The position numbers and the translations under genes were made by a program. Under the pieces are notes generated by a model that had not been told where the DNA came from, searched no databases, and worked only from the letters and a program-made list of their open reading frames with translations. A stretch of DNA of 64,000 nt, from contig OY969767.1 in assembly GCA_963702895.1 (NCBI GenBank), forward strand, positions 800,001 through 864,000, given 5' to 3'. This document shows, one piece after another, positions 40,624 to 51,278 of this stretch. The stretch comes from an uncultured Elusimicrobia bacterium. GTDB taxonomy: Bacteria > Elusimicrobiota > Elusimicrobia > 2-01-FULL-59-12. Position 1 is the first letter of the stretch. Every line of letters begins with the position of its first letter.

Positions 40624-42354
40624 ATGGAAATGACCGGCGCCCAAATCGTGTGTGAAGTCTTGAAACGCGAGGGTGTGGAAGTCGTCTTCGGCATTCCTGG
40701 CGGGTCCAATCTCCCGCTCAACGATGCCCTGGGACAATCGGGCCTGCGCTTTGTGCTCACGCGCCACGAACAGGGCGCCTCCCATATGGCCGATGGCTAT
40801 GCCCGTTCGACGGGCAAGACCGGGGTGTGTTTTGCCACCTCCGGCCCCGGCGCGACGAATCTGGTGACGGGACTGGCGACTGCCAACATGGATTCCATTC
40901 CGGTGGTCGCGATCACGGGCCAGGTCCGTACCGATGTGATTGGTTCGGATGCCTTCCAGGAAGCCGATATCACGGGCATCACGCGCCCCATCACCAAACA
41001 TAATTTTCTCGTCAAGGATGTCCGCGATCTGCGCCGGGCGCTTCAGGAGGCGTTTCATATCGCCGGCTCGGGCCGGCCCGGTCCCGTGCTGGTCGATATC
41101 CCGGTGGATGTTCAGCGCGCTAAAACTGAATACGATTGGGAAGACACCATCGAAATCCGCTCATACAAGCCAACCGTCAAGGGCCATCCCGGCCAGATCA
41201 AGAAGGCGGCGGAGCTCATCAAGGGGGCCAAACGGCCCCTGCTGTATGTGGGTGGCGGCATCATCCTCTCAGGCGCTTCCGAGGCGCTCCGCAAGCTGGC
41301 GGAAAAAGCCGACATCCCCGTGGCCTGGACGCTGATGGCCAACGGCGCTTTTCCTCCCGATCATGACCTTCATCTCGGGCCGCTCGGCATGCATGGCAAG
41401 TACAGCACGAATATCGCCATGCAGAAGTGCGATCTTTTGATCGCCGCGGGATCGCGCTTTGATGACCGAGTCACAGGAAAGCTCGAGGCCTTCTCGCCTC
41501 ATTCCAAGAAAATCCACATCGACATTGACCCCGCGAATATTTCGAAGAGCGTCCACGCGCATTGCCCGGTCGTGGGGGACCTCAAGCATGTGCTGAGCGA
41601 ACTCGCGGAGTCGGTGCCGAAACTCGACCACAGCGCCTGGATCAAAGAGGTGAAGCGCTGGGACGAGGAAAACCCCCTCACGTATAAGAAGGACAGTATC
41701 GTTCGGCCGCAATACGTGATCGATGAGCTTTGCCGCCTCACGAAGGGGGAGGCGATCGTATCCACCGGCGTGGGACAGCACCAGATGTGGGCCATGCAGT
41801 GGTATCAGGCGAAAAAACCCCGGCACTTTCTCACCTCCGGAGGGCTCGGCACGATGGGCTATGGCTACCCGGCCGCGCTGGGCGCCAAGTTTGGCAACCC
41901 GGACAAGATCGTCGTGTGCATCGATGGCGATGGCTCTTTTCAAATGACGGCCTCCGAACTGGCCACGGCGACGATGGAAAAGTGCCCGGTGCTCGTCATC
42001 ATCCTCAACAATTACTTTCTCGGGATGGTGCGGCAATGGCAGGAGCTTTTCTACGACAAGCGCTTTGCCTCCATCTGCTTAACGGCGGGAGCCGGCAAGC
42101 CGAAAAAGGACACCAAATTCAACCCCAAGGACCTCGCCTATATTCCGGATTTTGTGAAGCTCGCGGAAGCCCAAGGAGCGCTGGGACTGCGCGTCACGAA
42201 AAAGGATGAAGTCACCCCTATGCTCGAGCGCGCTCTTAAAGAGGTGAAGCACCGCACGGTCGTGATGGACGTCTATATCAACCCGGAGGAAAAGGTGTTT
42301 CCGATGGTTCCCGCCGGCAAGGGTCTGGACGACATCATTGTGGATATGGCATAA
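40624..42354 (+). CDS. ilvB: Acetolactate synthase large subunit
   Basis: RHEQGA, TSGPGATN, GQHQMW, SGGLGTMG, GDGSFQM. Confidence 0.94.
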   Translation: MEMTGAQIVCEVLKREGVEVVFGIPGGSNLPLNDALGQSGLRFVLTRHEQGASHMADGYARSTGKTGVCFATSGPGATNLVTGLATANMDSIPVVAITGQVRTDVIGSDAFQEADITGITRPITKHNFLVKDVRDLRRALQEAFHIAGSGRPGPVLVDIPVDVQRAKTEYDWEDTIEIRSYKPTVKGHPGQIKKAAELIKGAKRPLLYVGGGIILSGASEALRKLAEKADIPVAWTLMANGAFPPDHDLHLGPLGMHGKYSTNIAMQKCDLLIAAGSRFDDRVTGKLEAFSPHSKKIHIDIDPANISKSVHAHCPVVGDLKHVLSELAESVPKLDHSAWIKEVKRWDEENPLTYKKDSIVRPQYVIDELCRLTKGEAIVSTGVGQHQMWAMQWYQAKKPRHFLTSGGLGTMGYGYPAALGAKFGNPDKIVVCIDGDGSFQMTASELATATMEKCPVLVIILNNYFLGMVRQWQELFYDKRFASICLTAGAGKPKKDTKFNPKDLAYIPDFVKLAEAQGALGLRVTKKDEVTPMLERALKEVKHRTVVMDVYINPEEKVFPMVPAGKGLDDIIVDMA

Positions 42355-42362
42355 GGAGCCCT

Positions 42363-43316
42363 ATGGCCGAACTCTACGACATCATCGTGGTCGGCGCCGG
42401 TCCGGGGGGCCTAGCGGCGGGTCTTTACGGCGCGCGCGCCAAGCTCAAGGTCGTGGTCCTCGAGAAGGAGCTTCCCGGCGGCCAGATCAATAAGACAGGC
42501 GTGATTGAGGACTATCCGGGATTTGCCTCGATTGACGCCAGAGAGCTCGCGGAACGCATGGCCAACCACGCCAAAGAGGCGGGGACTCCGATTCTTTCCA
42601 CGAACGCCACAAGCCTTCGCAAGAAAGGCGATCTCTTTGAAGTGGAAACGTCCGAAGGCGTCCTCCAGGGCAGGGCGGCGATTGTCGCCACAGGCGGCAG
42701 CCCCAACTATTTAGGCTGTAAAGGGGAAAAAGAATTCTGGACCAAAGGCGTGAGCTACTGCGCGATCTGCGACGGCCCCCTGCCGATTTTCCGAAACAAA
42801 CCCATGGTGGTGGTGGGCGGCGGCGACGCGGCGCTGGAGGAGGGCGTCTATCTCACCAAATTCGCGTCCAAAGTCTATCTCGTTCACCGGCGGGAGGAAT
42901 TCCGTGCCTCCCGTATCGTTCAGGAACGGGCGCGGCAAAACCCCAAAATAGAATTTGTGCTCAACGCCACAGTGGCTGAGGTGGGCGGTTCTGATCTTCT
43001 GGAATGGGCGGACATCAAGCATGTGAAGACGGGTCAGATCACCCGTTATCCCGTGAACGGGTTGTTTGTCTATATCGGCTTTAAGCCCAACAGCGATATC
43101 GTCAAAGAACCGCTCAAAAAGGACGCTCTCGGTTACATCCTGACGAATCAAAATATGCAGACCTCGATTCCGGGGCTTTTCGCGGTCGGTGATGTGCGCC
43201 AGCAGCTCACGCGGCAGATCACCAACGCCGTCGGTGACGGGACCACCGCGGCGGTCGCGGCCGAAAAATATATCCATGGAACCTTGCAGACAACGCCGGT
43301 GGGCGCCGGTCTCTAA
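42363..43316 (+). CDS. trxB: Thioredoxin reductase
   Basis: GAGPGG, GVSYCAICDG, GGGDAA, AVGDG. Confidence 0.94.
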   Translation: MAELYDIIVVGAGPGGLAAGLYGARAKLKVVVLEKELPGGQINKTGVIEDYPGFASIDARELAERMANHAKEAGTPILSTNATSLRKKGDLFEVETSEGVLQGRAAIVATGGSPNYLGCKGEKEFWTKGVSYCAICDGPLPIFRNKPMVVVGGGDAALEEGVYLTKFASKVYLVHRREEFRASRIVQERARQNPKIEFVLNATVAEVGGSDLLEWADIKHVKTGQITRYPVNGLFVYIGFKPNSDIVKEPLKKDALGYILTNQNMQTSIPGLFAVGDVRQQLTRQITNAVGDGTTAAVAAEKYIHGTLQTTPVGAGL

Positions 43317-43322
43317 CAGGGA

Positions 43323-45083
43323 GTGGCTGGAATGAAAGACATCCTGATTCGTATCGGCGGTGAAGGCGGCGAAGGGGTCATCAGCTGCGGCGAGATGCTG
43401 ACCACGGCCCTTGCCCGCTCTTCCTATGAGGTGTACACCTTCCGTACCTACCCGGCAGAAATCAAAGGCGGTCCGGCTATGTTCCAGGTCCGCGCCAGCG
43501 ACGGTCCCGTCCTTTCACAGGGCCAGATGGCGGATCTGCTCGTGGCGTTCAATGAAGAAGCCTGGCAGCTTCACGGCAACACCCTCCGACCGGATGGCCT
43601 TCTGGTCTATGATCCGGCCCTCTCGAAACCAGAAGGCGCCTTTGAATCTTACCCTGTGCCACTGGACGACATCACGGTCAAGATCGTCAAATCCAAGCTT
43701 GGGAAAAACGTCGTGGCCCTGGGAGCATGCGCCAAAATCTTAGGGATGTCGATGGATCTGCTCCAAGAGATGGTGAAAGAGCGTTTTGCTAAAAAGGGTG
43801 AAGCGGTGCTGGGGAAGAACCTGGAAGTGCTCAGAGCGGGCTATGACTTCATTGAGAAGCACCCCTTCAAAAAGGCCCTCCCGAAGTTTGATGCGACGAA
43901 GTCGCCCATCAAGCGGATCGTGATGTCGGGCAACGAGGCGCTTTCGATTGGAGCGATTTCCGCTGGTTGCCGTTATTTCGGCGGCTACCCTATTACGCCC
44001 GCCTCGGATATCCTGGAATTCATGGATAAGGACCTTCCCAAATTTGGTGGATGCGTGGTCCAGACCGAAGACGAGATTTCAGCGCTTGCCTCCGTCATTG
44101 GGGCTTCCTATACAGGTAAAAAAGCGATGACCGCGACCTCCGGCCCGGGTCTTGCCCTTATGGTGGAGCTCTTAGGACTGTCCGCCATGTCCGAGATCCC
44201 CTGCGTGGTCGTCGATGCCCAGCGCGCGGGCCCCAGCACCGGCATGCCGACCAAGAACGAACAGGGCGATCTGAATCTGGCGGTCTATGGTGCTCATGGG
44301 GATGCGCCTCGTATTGTGCTTGCTCCGGGAGATGTCGAAGAAAGTCTCTATTACATGATCCAGGCCTTTAACCTCTCAGAAAAATACCAATGTCCCGTGG
44401 TCTATCTTACGGATCAGTCGCTGGCGCACCGTACCCAGACATTTCCATGGCCTGATTTCAAGAAGGTCCCGCTCCTCAACCGAGAGCTTCCAACGGACAA
44501 GGACCTCCGTGAAGGCTATGTTCGTTTTAAGATGACCGAAACCGGCATCTCACCCATGGCCCTGCCTGGGATGGAAGGCGGGTGCTACGCCGCGACAGGT
44601 CTTGAGCATTCTGAAAAAGGCTCCCCCAACTTTACTCCGAAGATGCACGCTCAGATGTCAGCCAAACGCGCCAAAAAGATTGAAGTGTGCTCCAGGGAAA
44701 AAGGGTTCACGGCCCGCTTCGGCGCCCCCCAGGCCAAGATCGGTATCGTGGGGTGGGGCTCGACCCAAGGGGCCCTCCGTGAAGGCGTCAACCTGGCGGC
44801 GAAGGAGGGGATCCCGGTCGCGCACCTTCAGGTGAAGATGATCTATCCATTTCCCGAGGCGGACCTCCAGGAGTTCTTAAGCTCCGTGGAGCAGGTCATC
44901 GTCGCGGAACTGAACTTTAGCGGCCAGTACAATCAACTGTTGCGCTCCCATTTCCTCGTCCCCACGATCGCCCTGACCAAGTGCGAGGGTTTACCTTTTT
45001 ATGCCGAAGAAGTTCTGGACAAAATTAAGGCTGTGGCCTCCGGATCCGTGAAGCCTCTGGCTGGAGCGGTCCTGGCGCGATAG
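43323..45083 (+). CDS. 2-oxoacid:ferredoxin oxidoreductase alpha subunit, copy 2
   Basis: GGEGGEG, YPITPAS, EDEI, QRAGPSTGMPT. Confidence 0.93.
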   Translation: MAGMKDILIRIGGEGGEGVISCGEMLTTALARSSYEVYTFRTYPAEIKGGPAMFQVRASDGPVLSQGQMADLLVAFNEEAWQLHGNTLRPDGLLVYDPALSKPEGAFESYPVPLDDITVKIVKSKLGKNVVALGACAKILGMSMDLLQEMVKERFAKKGEAVLGKNLEVLRAGYDFIEKHPFKKALPKFDATKSPIKRIVMSGNEALSIGAISAGCRYFGGYPITPASDILEFMDKDLPKFGGCVVQTEDEISALASVIGASYTGKKAMTATSGPGLALMVELLGLSAMSEIPCVVVDAQRAGPSTGMPTKNEQGDLNLAVYGAHGDAPRIVLAPGDVEESLYYMIQAFNLSEKYQCPVVYLTDQSLAHRTQTFPWPDFKKVPLLNRELPTDKDLREGYVRFKMTETGISPMALPGMEGGCYAATGLEHSEKGSPNFTPKMHAQMSAKRAKKIEVCSREKGFTARFGAPQAKIGIVGWGSTQGALREGVNLAAKEGIPVAHLQVKMIYPFPEADLQEFLSSVEQVIVAELNFSGQYNQLLRSHFLVPTIALTKCEGLPFYAEEVLDKIKAVASGSVKPLAGAVLAR

Positions 45084-45091
45084 GAGAGCCG

Positions 45092-45934
45092 ATGTCCCAT
45101 ACCACAACAGACTATAAATCGGAAGTCAAAATCACCTGGTGCCCAGGGTGTGGCGATTTTGCCGTTCTGAACGCCCTCTATCAGGCACTGGTCACGATGG
45201 ATTTGGACCCGAAGAACGTCGTAGTGGTCTCCGGGATCGGCTGTTCCGGGCGGCTTCCTATCTTTGTGAATTCTTACGGTTTCCATGGTGTCCATGGCCG
45301 CGTGCTTCCCACGGCCATGGGTGTGAAGATCGGCAATCCCAAGCTCACCGTCATTGCGGTTGGCGGGGATGGCGATGGGTTGGCCATCGGCGGCGGTCAC
45401 TTCCCGCACGCCGCGCGACGCAATATCGACATCACCTACATCATGCTTGACAACAACATCTATGGCCTGACCAAGGGTCAAGCCTCCCCGACCACCCTTC
45501 AGAGCTTCCAGGGGAAGTCGAGTCCTTATGGAGTCTCAGAAGAAAACCTGAACCCGATTGCACTGGCCCTGGCCTATGACGTATCGTATGTCGCACGGGG
45601 CTATTCCGGGCAGCTCAAGCATTTGTCGGATCTCATGGTTGATGCGGTCAATCACAAAGGGTTTTCATTCGTTCATACATTGTCCCCGTGTGTGGTATTT
45701 AACGACACCTATAAGTATTATGGGAAGAAGGTTACGCCGATCGCGCCCTATGAGAATTCATCCAGCAAAATGAGAGCGTTGCAATTGTGGCAGGACAAAG
45801 AGCATATTTTTCTCGGAACGTTCTACAAGGACGAGACACGCCAAACTTTCAACGAGCGTCTTCGTGATATCATTGGACAATTCCCTCGCGATGATGAAAA
45901 ATACTTTAGGGAGCTCCTGAACCGGTACGCCTAA
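45092..45934 (+). CDS. 2-oxoacid:ferredoxin oxidoreductase beta subunit, copy 2
   Basis: WCPGCGD, SGIGCS, GGDGD, YGLTKGQ. Confidence 0.93.
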   Translation: MSHTTTDYKSEVKITWCPGCGDFAVLNALYQALVTMDLDPKNVVVVSGIGCSGRLPIFVNSYGFHGVHGRVLPTAMGVKIGNPKLTVIAVGGDGDGLAIGGGHFPHAARRNIDITYIMLDNNIYGLTKGQASPTTLQSFQGKSSPYGVSEENLNPIALALAYDVSYVARGYSGQLKHLSDLMVDAVNHKGFSFVHTLSPCVVFNDTYKYYGKKVTPIAPYENSSSKMRALQLWQDKEHIFLGTFYKDETRQTFNERLRDIIGQFPRDDEKYFRELLNRYA

Positions 45935-46794
45935 TGATCAATCGCTTACGAACATCTCTTCCGAACGTTTTCATACTCTCCGTTCTACTCTCTATTCTCC
46001 CGCGACCTCTTCCCGCGGAATCCGACGCCGCGGTGCTGATCTTGACAGCCCATGGTGATCGGGCGTGGAAAAATAACGTGAAGCAGGCTGTGAAGGCGGC
46101 CCAACTGGCTTATCCCACGCGCATCTACTATGGGGCGGCGGACACCACGGCGGGCCGCGCTCAGCTGCAGGAGGTCCTTGAGACTTTGGAAAGCGGCGGG
46201 GCCAATACGATCTATGTGGTGCCCCTGGTCGTGTCCAGTTATTCCGAGATTGTCCGCCAGTGGAAGTATCTTCTCGGGGTCGACGTTCAACCCGGCTTCA
46301 TGAATAATCCACTGTTCCCGTTGCGTAAGCGTTCGGCGATACGATTTCTCGAGCCTCTTAATGATTCAGCCGTGGTCGTGGAAATCCTTCTCGATCGCGC
46401 GCATGAAATCAGCGCATCACCGGACAAGGAGAGCCTCATTCTCGTCTCGCGCGGCGCCCGAGACCACTCGGACAATGACCGCTGGCTGCAGATTTTACGG
46501 AGCCTTTCCGGCCGTTTGAAAGAACGCGGAGGGTATAAGACGGTGGAAGCGGTCACCCTTCGCGATGATGCCCCGCCCGAGACCCGGCAGAGAGCTGTGG
46601 AATACCTTCGTGGGCGTGTGCGTGCTGCCGAGCAGGCAGGCACCCGGGCGCTGGTCGTGACCCTCCTTCTCTCGCAGGGGGGAATTGAACACCGCATCGG
46701 ACTTGAACTGCGAGGTTTGACCTACGCTTTCAATACCAAAGCGCTCCTCCCTGATGCGCGTATCTCCGAGTGGATCCGCAGTCAAATCCCGTAA
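45934..46794 (+). CDS. Secreted CbiX/SirB chelatase-like protein
   Basis: Signal peptide; LILTAHG, IYVVPL.VSS.S, TLRDDAP; two-lobed chelatase-like layout. Confidence 0.55.
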   Translation: MINRLRTSLPNVFILSVLLSILPRPLPAESDAAVLILTAHGDRAWKNNVKQAVKAAQLAYPTRIYYGAADTTAGRAQLQEVLETLESGGANTIYVVPLVVSSYSEIVRQWKYLLGVDVQPGFMNNPLFPLRKRSAIRFLEPLNDSAVVVEILLDRAHEISASPDKESLILVSRGARDHSDNDRWLQILRSLSGRLKERGGYKTVEAVTLRDDAPPETRQRAVEYLRGRVRAAEQAGTRALVVTLLLSQGGIEHRIGLELRGLTYAFNTKALLPDARISEWIRSQIP

Positions 46795-46813
46795 TTGCAC
46801 AAGGACGACAAAA

Positions 46814-47374
46814 GTGAATTATTGTAAGACCGTCTGGAATGATTCGGCCGCGTTGCTCAAGGGTCTCGCCTTGACGTTCCGATACATGTTTCAGCCGAAG
46901 GTCACCCTCCAATACCCGAAACAAAAAGCTACCATGGCCGAGCGTTTTCGGGGGATGCTCACCTTCCATATCGACGAGTGCATCGCCTGTGACCTGTGTG
47001 TCCGGGCCTGTCCCTCCAATTGCATTGCCTTGGAGAGCGTGCGCAACGAGGCCGGTAAAAAAGTGATCCAGAATTACACGATTGATTTCGGCAAGTGCAA
47101 CTGGTGCCGGCTTTGCGAAGAAGCTTGCCCCACCAACCCCAAGTCGGTCCATCACACCCTGGCGTATGAAGTGATGTTTACCTCTCGAGATGATTTCAAA
47201 ATCACCTGGCTCAAGGATGCCCAGGGGAGGCCGCTCGTGCCGGTCAATGCCGCCGGCAAGCCCATGGAACCTTGGACGGACGTGCCTGAAAAGCATCTTT
47301 CAGTCGGTGTTGGAGCCCACCAAGCTCCTCCTTCCATCAAAGCGGCCGACGCTTTCATTTCGCCTGCTCACTAA
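46814..47374 (+). CDS. NuoI-like 2x[4Fe-4S] ferredoxin subunit
   Basis: VTLQYP..RFRG, CIACDLCVRACP, CNWCRLCEEACP. Confidence 0.85.
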   Translation: MNYCKTVWNDSAALLKGLALTFRYMFQPKVTLQYPKQKATMAERFRGMLTFHIDECIACDLCVRACPSNCIALESVRNEAGKKVIQNYTIDFGKCNWCRLCEEACPTNPKSVHHTLAYEVMFTSRDDFKITWLKDAQGRPLVPVNAAGKPMEPWTDVPEKHLSVGVGAHQAPPSIKAADAFISPAH

Positions 47375-47381
47375 TCAAGAC

Positions 47382-48323
47382 ATGAAATATCGTCCTCTTG
47401 GTTCCACGGGCCTGCAAGTCTCCGAGATCGGTTTCGGAGCCTGGGCCATTGGCGGAAATCAATATGGAAACAGCTATGGTCCTGTGGAGGATGAAGAATC
47501 CCTCCGTGCGATCGCACAGGCGGTTGACGCGGGCTGTAATTTCTTTGATACCGCAGATTGTTACGGCCACGGCCATAGCGAGGAACTGCTTGGCCAGGCC
47601 CTCCGAGGCCGTCGACGCGATGTGATTCTTGCGACCAAGGGAGGGAGCGATTTTTACCATCAACCGCCACGGCTTAATTTTTCAGAAGCCCATCTCAACT
47701 TGGCGGTGGAGCAAAGCCTCAAGCGCCTGAAGACGGACTTCCTTGATCTCTACCAGCTGCACAACCCTCCTTTTAGCCTTATTGAAGGAGGGCGGATCTT
47801 TGAACCGCTCGAAAAGCTCAAAGAGCAGGGGAAGATACGTTTCTACGGCATTTCGATTCACGACCCTCAAGAGGGGCTCCTCGCCATGAAGATCGGCAAA
47901 CCCTCGACCCTACAGGTCACGTATAACGTTTTGCGAAGAGTCGCCGCGGAAGAGTTATTCCCAAGAGCGGTGGCATCTGGTGTTGGCATCATTGCCCGGG
48001 AGCCCCTGGCCAATGGGTTTTTGACCGGCAAATACACAAAGGATTCGGTCTTTCCCGTAGGAGATATTCGCCACCAGTGGCCATCGAAGTATCAAGCGCA
48101 GATTGTTGCTCAGGCGGAATCATTCAAGAAAACACTTGACCAGAACCTGACAACTCTTGCCCAGGCTGCCATACGATTTGTGCTGTCAAAACAAGCTGTT
48201 TCTGTTGTGATCCCGGGGTGCAAAACAGTCCAGCAAGTGGAGGAAAACTTCAGGTCTGCGCAATCGGAGTTACCATCAAAAGTGCTGGAAATAGGTTTTA
48301 AGGCAAGGAAGGATTTGCCTTAG
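47382..48323 (+). CDS. Aldo/keto reductase; last 18 codons supplied by IS256
   Basis: VSEIGFGAW, FDTADCYG, DLYQLH, VIPG. Confidence 0.9.
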   Translation: MKYRPLGSTGLQVSEIGFGAWAIGGNQYGNSYGPVEDEESLRAIAQAVDAGCNFFDTADCYGHGHSEELLGQALRGRRRDVILATKGGSDFYHQPPRLNFSEAHLNLAVEQSLKRLKTDFLDLYQLHNPPFSLIEGGRIFEPLEKLKEQGKIRFYGISIHDPQEGLLAMKIGKPSTLQVTYNVLRRVAAEELFPRAVASGVGIIAREPLANGFLTGKYTKDSVFPVGDIRHQWPSKYQAQIVAQAESFKKTLDQNLTTLAQAAIRFVLSKQAVSVVIPGCKTVQQVEENFRSAQSELPSKVLEIGFKARKDLP

Positions 48324-49654
48324 GAAATAGAAACGGCGTACCCTTTCGTTGAAACACACAAACCTGTCCGTTCGAGCGGACAATAAACGAAAAGGAGACG
48401 CCGTTATGGAAACCATTGTAAACGAGAAAGGGACTCAGCACAAAGGCGAGAGCATGGTGGATTATCTGGCCCGTGAAGGAGCGCGCAAGATGCTGGTGGA
48501 GGCCCTGGAAGAAGAAGTGACGATGTATTTAGAGCGTCGGCGCTATGAACGGGCGAAGAATCTGGAGAAAGGCTATCGGAACGGAACGCGGGAGCGGAAG
48601 GTGACGGTGTTGGGGGCGGGGCTGAAGCTATCGGTGCCCCAGGTGGACGGAGGCGAGTTTGAGTCGAGCATCTTGCGGCCCTACCAGCGGCGGACGGAAG
48701 GGGTCGAGGAGTTATTCCGGCGGCTGTACCTGGAGGGACTCTCGAGTCGGGACTTTGAGCCGGCGTTGCGAGCACTGATCGGGGATGGAGCCACCTTATC
48801 AGCCAGCACGATCCTGCGTCTATCGGCGAAGTTTCAGTCGGACCTGGCTACGTTCAGTCGCCGGGACCTATCGGAGACGCGTTACGCCTATGTCTGGGCA
48901 GACGGCGTGTATTTAAAAGCGGGGCTGGAAAAAGAGAACACAGCGCTTCTGGTTCTGGTGGGCGTCAACGCGAAAGGCCAGAAGGAACTGATCGCGCTGA
49001 TGGAAGGCTACCGGGAGAGCCGGGATTCCTGGAAGGAAATCTGGAGAGGGGTCGCGGAGCGCGGTATGCCTGCTCCGCTGTTGGTCATCGGCGACGGGAT
49101 CGGAGGGCTCTGGGAGGCGGTGGCAGAGGTGTATCCCTCGGCGAAGGATCAACGGTGTTGGAAGCACAAGATGCGCAACGTCGTGGATAAAGTGCCGAAG
49201 GCTAAGCAGGATGAAGTCCTCAATCGCCTGCGGGTGGCCTATCAGGCGGAGCGCCGCGAAGACGCGGAGAACCAGTTGGCCTTGTTGGCTGAGGATCTTG
49301 AAATTCGCTATCCGAAGGCTGCGGCTTGTGTGCGCAAGGATCATGACACGTTGCTGAGGTACTTCGACTTTCCGAAGGAGCACTGGGTCCATTTGAAGAC
49401 GAGCAATCCGATTGAGTCGGTCTTCGCGGGAGTGCGGTTGCGGACGCGAGTCGTGCGCCGGTTCCAGAAATCCCGAACAGGCGTGGCATTCGTCTACAAG
49501 GTCATTGAGCGTTTAGCGCAGTTCTGGAAGCCGATCGCAAAGCCGGAATTGGTTGAAGTACTATTTGTGGAAAGAGAGAAGCTGGAGGTCGCGGCCTAAG
49601 AGACATTCAACGAAAGGGGCGTTGCCCTATTTCCAGTACATTTGACAAGAACTC
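48267..49654 (+). mobile_element. IS256-family insertion sequence, copy 2 (1388 bp)
   Basis: Same TIRs and identical transposase protein to copy 1; 8-bp target duplication CGCAATCG (48259-48266, 49655-49662). Confidence 0.95.
48406..49599 (+). CDS. IS256 transposase
   Basis: Translation identical to the copy at 8009-9202. Confidence 0.95.
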   Translation: METIVNEKGTQHKGESMVDYLAREGARKMLVEALEEEVTMYLERRRYERAKNLEKGYRNGTRERKVTVLGAGLKLSVPQVDGGEFESSILRPYQRRTEGVEELFRRLYLEGLSSRDFEPALRALIGDGATLSASTILRLSAKFQSDLATFSRRDLSETRYAYVWADGVYLKAGLEKENTALLVLVGVNAKGQKELIALMEGYRESRDSWKEIWRGVAERGMPAPLLVIGDGIGGLWEAVAEVYPSAKDQRCWKHKMRNVVDKVPKAKQDEVLNRLRVAYQAERREDAENQLALLAEDLEIRYPKAAACVRKDHDTLLRYFDFPKEHWVHLKTSNPIESVFAGVRLRTRVVRRFQKSRTGVAFVYKVIERLAQFWKPIAKPELVEVLFVEREKLEVAA

Positions 49655-49759
49655 CGCAATCGCCTTCCGAGGTCTCTCCCTAGCCATAGGTCCTTTGACC
49701 TTGAAAATATGGCCTTCCCGACCATGGCTTTCTCCTTCTGGAACCCGTAGAATTTAGCG

Positions 49760-50341
49760 ATGAAATCATTCCGGTGGCCGTGGCTTATCTTGTGCTTGCT
49801 TATTTTTTCGGTAGGCGCCCTGCCTTTGCGAGGGGCGTCGGATTCGGTCCTTTCGCCGGGCTTCGCCCTGGATCCCGCCACGAAGACCTTGTCTGAAATT
49901 AGAGCCGCCGAACGCAGAAAGATACCTTTGGAAGTCTATCTCAAAGCTTCTCCAAAATATGATGTCCACGGCCCCATCGAAATCACCGTGATCCTTACGA
50001 ATCTTTTTAGCACGCCGCTCTTGTTGAACAGTCGGATGCTCGTCAACCACGAGCGCCTGCAGGGTGAGCTTTCCTTTCGGGTCACAGGCCCCGATGGACA
50101 ACGGGTCGACATCAGAAGCCTCGTGACGCCGCTCTCGATCCGTGACGAAGATTTCGTGATACTGGAACGCGGGGAATCCATTCAGCGCACCCTTGATCTG
50201 TCTGACACCTTCGGCATCAAGCGGAAGGGGATCTATCAGATCCGGGTCTGCTATCACAATGAAGTCGATTACGTGGCGGAAGGTCACCGGGCCTGGAAAG
50301 GCCGCGTGTGGTCGGAGCCTGTCGAGCTTCAAGTCCTCTAG
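49760..50341 (+). CDS. Secreted hypothetical protein (beta-rich)
   Basis: Signal peptide; L..GESI...LDL...F.....G.Y pattern; TAGAAT just upstream (leaderless-type start). Confidence 0.6.
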   Translation: MKSFRWPWLILCLLIFSVGALPLRGASDSVLSPGFALDPATKTLSEIRAAERRKIPLEVYLKASPKYDVHGPIEITVILTNLFSTPLLLNSRMLVNHERLQGELSFRVTGPDGQRVDIRSLVTPLSIRDEDFVILERGESIQRTLDLSDTFGIKRKGIYQIRVCYHNEVDYVAEGHRAWKGRVWSEPVELQVL

Positions 50342-50354
50342 AGTGACTTGACAG

Positions 50355-51278
50355 GTGGCCTCCCCAATCAGTAAAACGTTGCCCATGGTGGATAGCAGTC
50401 CCCTCCCCGCCTTATCTCTCGAGCAAATTCCCCTCGGCTATATCTACACCTCCCCGCACCAAATGCGACGGCACTTTGACCTGTCCGCCTTAAAAGAATT
50501 GGCCGATTCCATGAAGCAAGAAGGACTGATCCAGCCCATCACCGTCCGCAAGGTCGGGAGCGCCTATGAGCTCGTTGTGGGAGAGAGGCGCTTAAAAGCC
50601 GCCAAAATGCTCAAGTGGGAAACGATCGATGCTCGTGTCATCGATATTAGTGACGAAGACGCCGCGGTGAAGGGGTTGATTGAAAACCTCCAGAGAGTGG
50701 ATTTATCGCCCATCGAAGAGGCCCGTGGGTATAAACAACTGGTGGAGCAGCCCTATGAGCTGACCCAGGGAGCGATTGCTCAACGGGTGGGGAAGTGTCA
50801 GGCCGCGATTGCTCGATGCCTTGCGCTCTTGGAGCTCCCGCAGGAGATCCAAGATCTTATACCTCGGGGCATCATCACGGAAAGCCATACCCGTTCCCTT
50901 CGCAAGATCCCCGATCGCGCCAAACAGGTGTCGCTTGCCCGCAAAGCCCATCGGGAAGGCTGGACGACCAAGCAAACGGAGCGACAAGTGCATCAACTGC
51001 TCAAAGAAATGGGTGTCCGTGTGAAGCAGCGTGAGACCCAAGCGGCTTTTAGTCCTGAGGATCCACTGGCGAAGCTTTGGGAGCATGTCCATCAAACGGC
51101 GGACCAGACGGGCGTCCGAGTCGTCGCGGTGCGCTACCGTAAGCGTGGAAAATGGTCGCTGGAGCTTGAGACCGGAAAAGCCGGTGATCCCAAAACGGCG
51201 TTCGCGGATTTCTTTGCGCGACTCGGACAAATACTCAACGGTCCCATCCCCAACGATCTCCCTTCAACTCCGAAATAA
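50355..51278 (+). CDS. ParB/Spo0J-family protein (no adjacent parA)
   Basis: GLIQPITVR, VVGERRLKA, ENLQRVDLSPIEEA, HTH. Confidence 0.88.
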   Translation: MASPISKTLPMVDSSPLPALSLEQIPLGYIYTSPHQMRRHFDLSALKELADSMKQEGLIQPITVRKVGSAYELVVGERRLKAAKMLKWETIDARVIDISDEDAAVKGLIENLQRVDLSPIEEARGYKQLVEQPYELTQGAIAQRVGKCQAAIARCLALLELPQEIQDLIPRGIITESHTRSLRKIPDRAKQVSLARKAHREGWTTKQTERQVHQLLKEMGVRVKQRETQAAFSPEDPLAKLWEHVHQTADQTGVRVVAVRYRKRGKWSLELETGKAGDPKTAFADFFARLGQILNGPIPNDLPSTPK

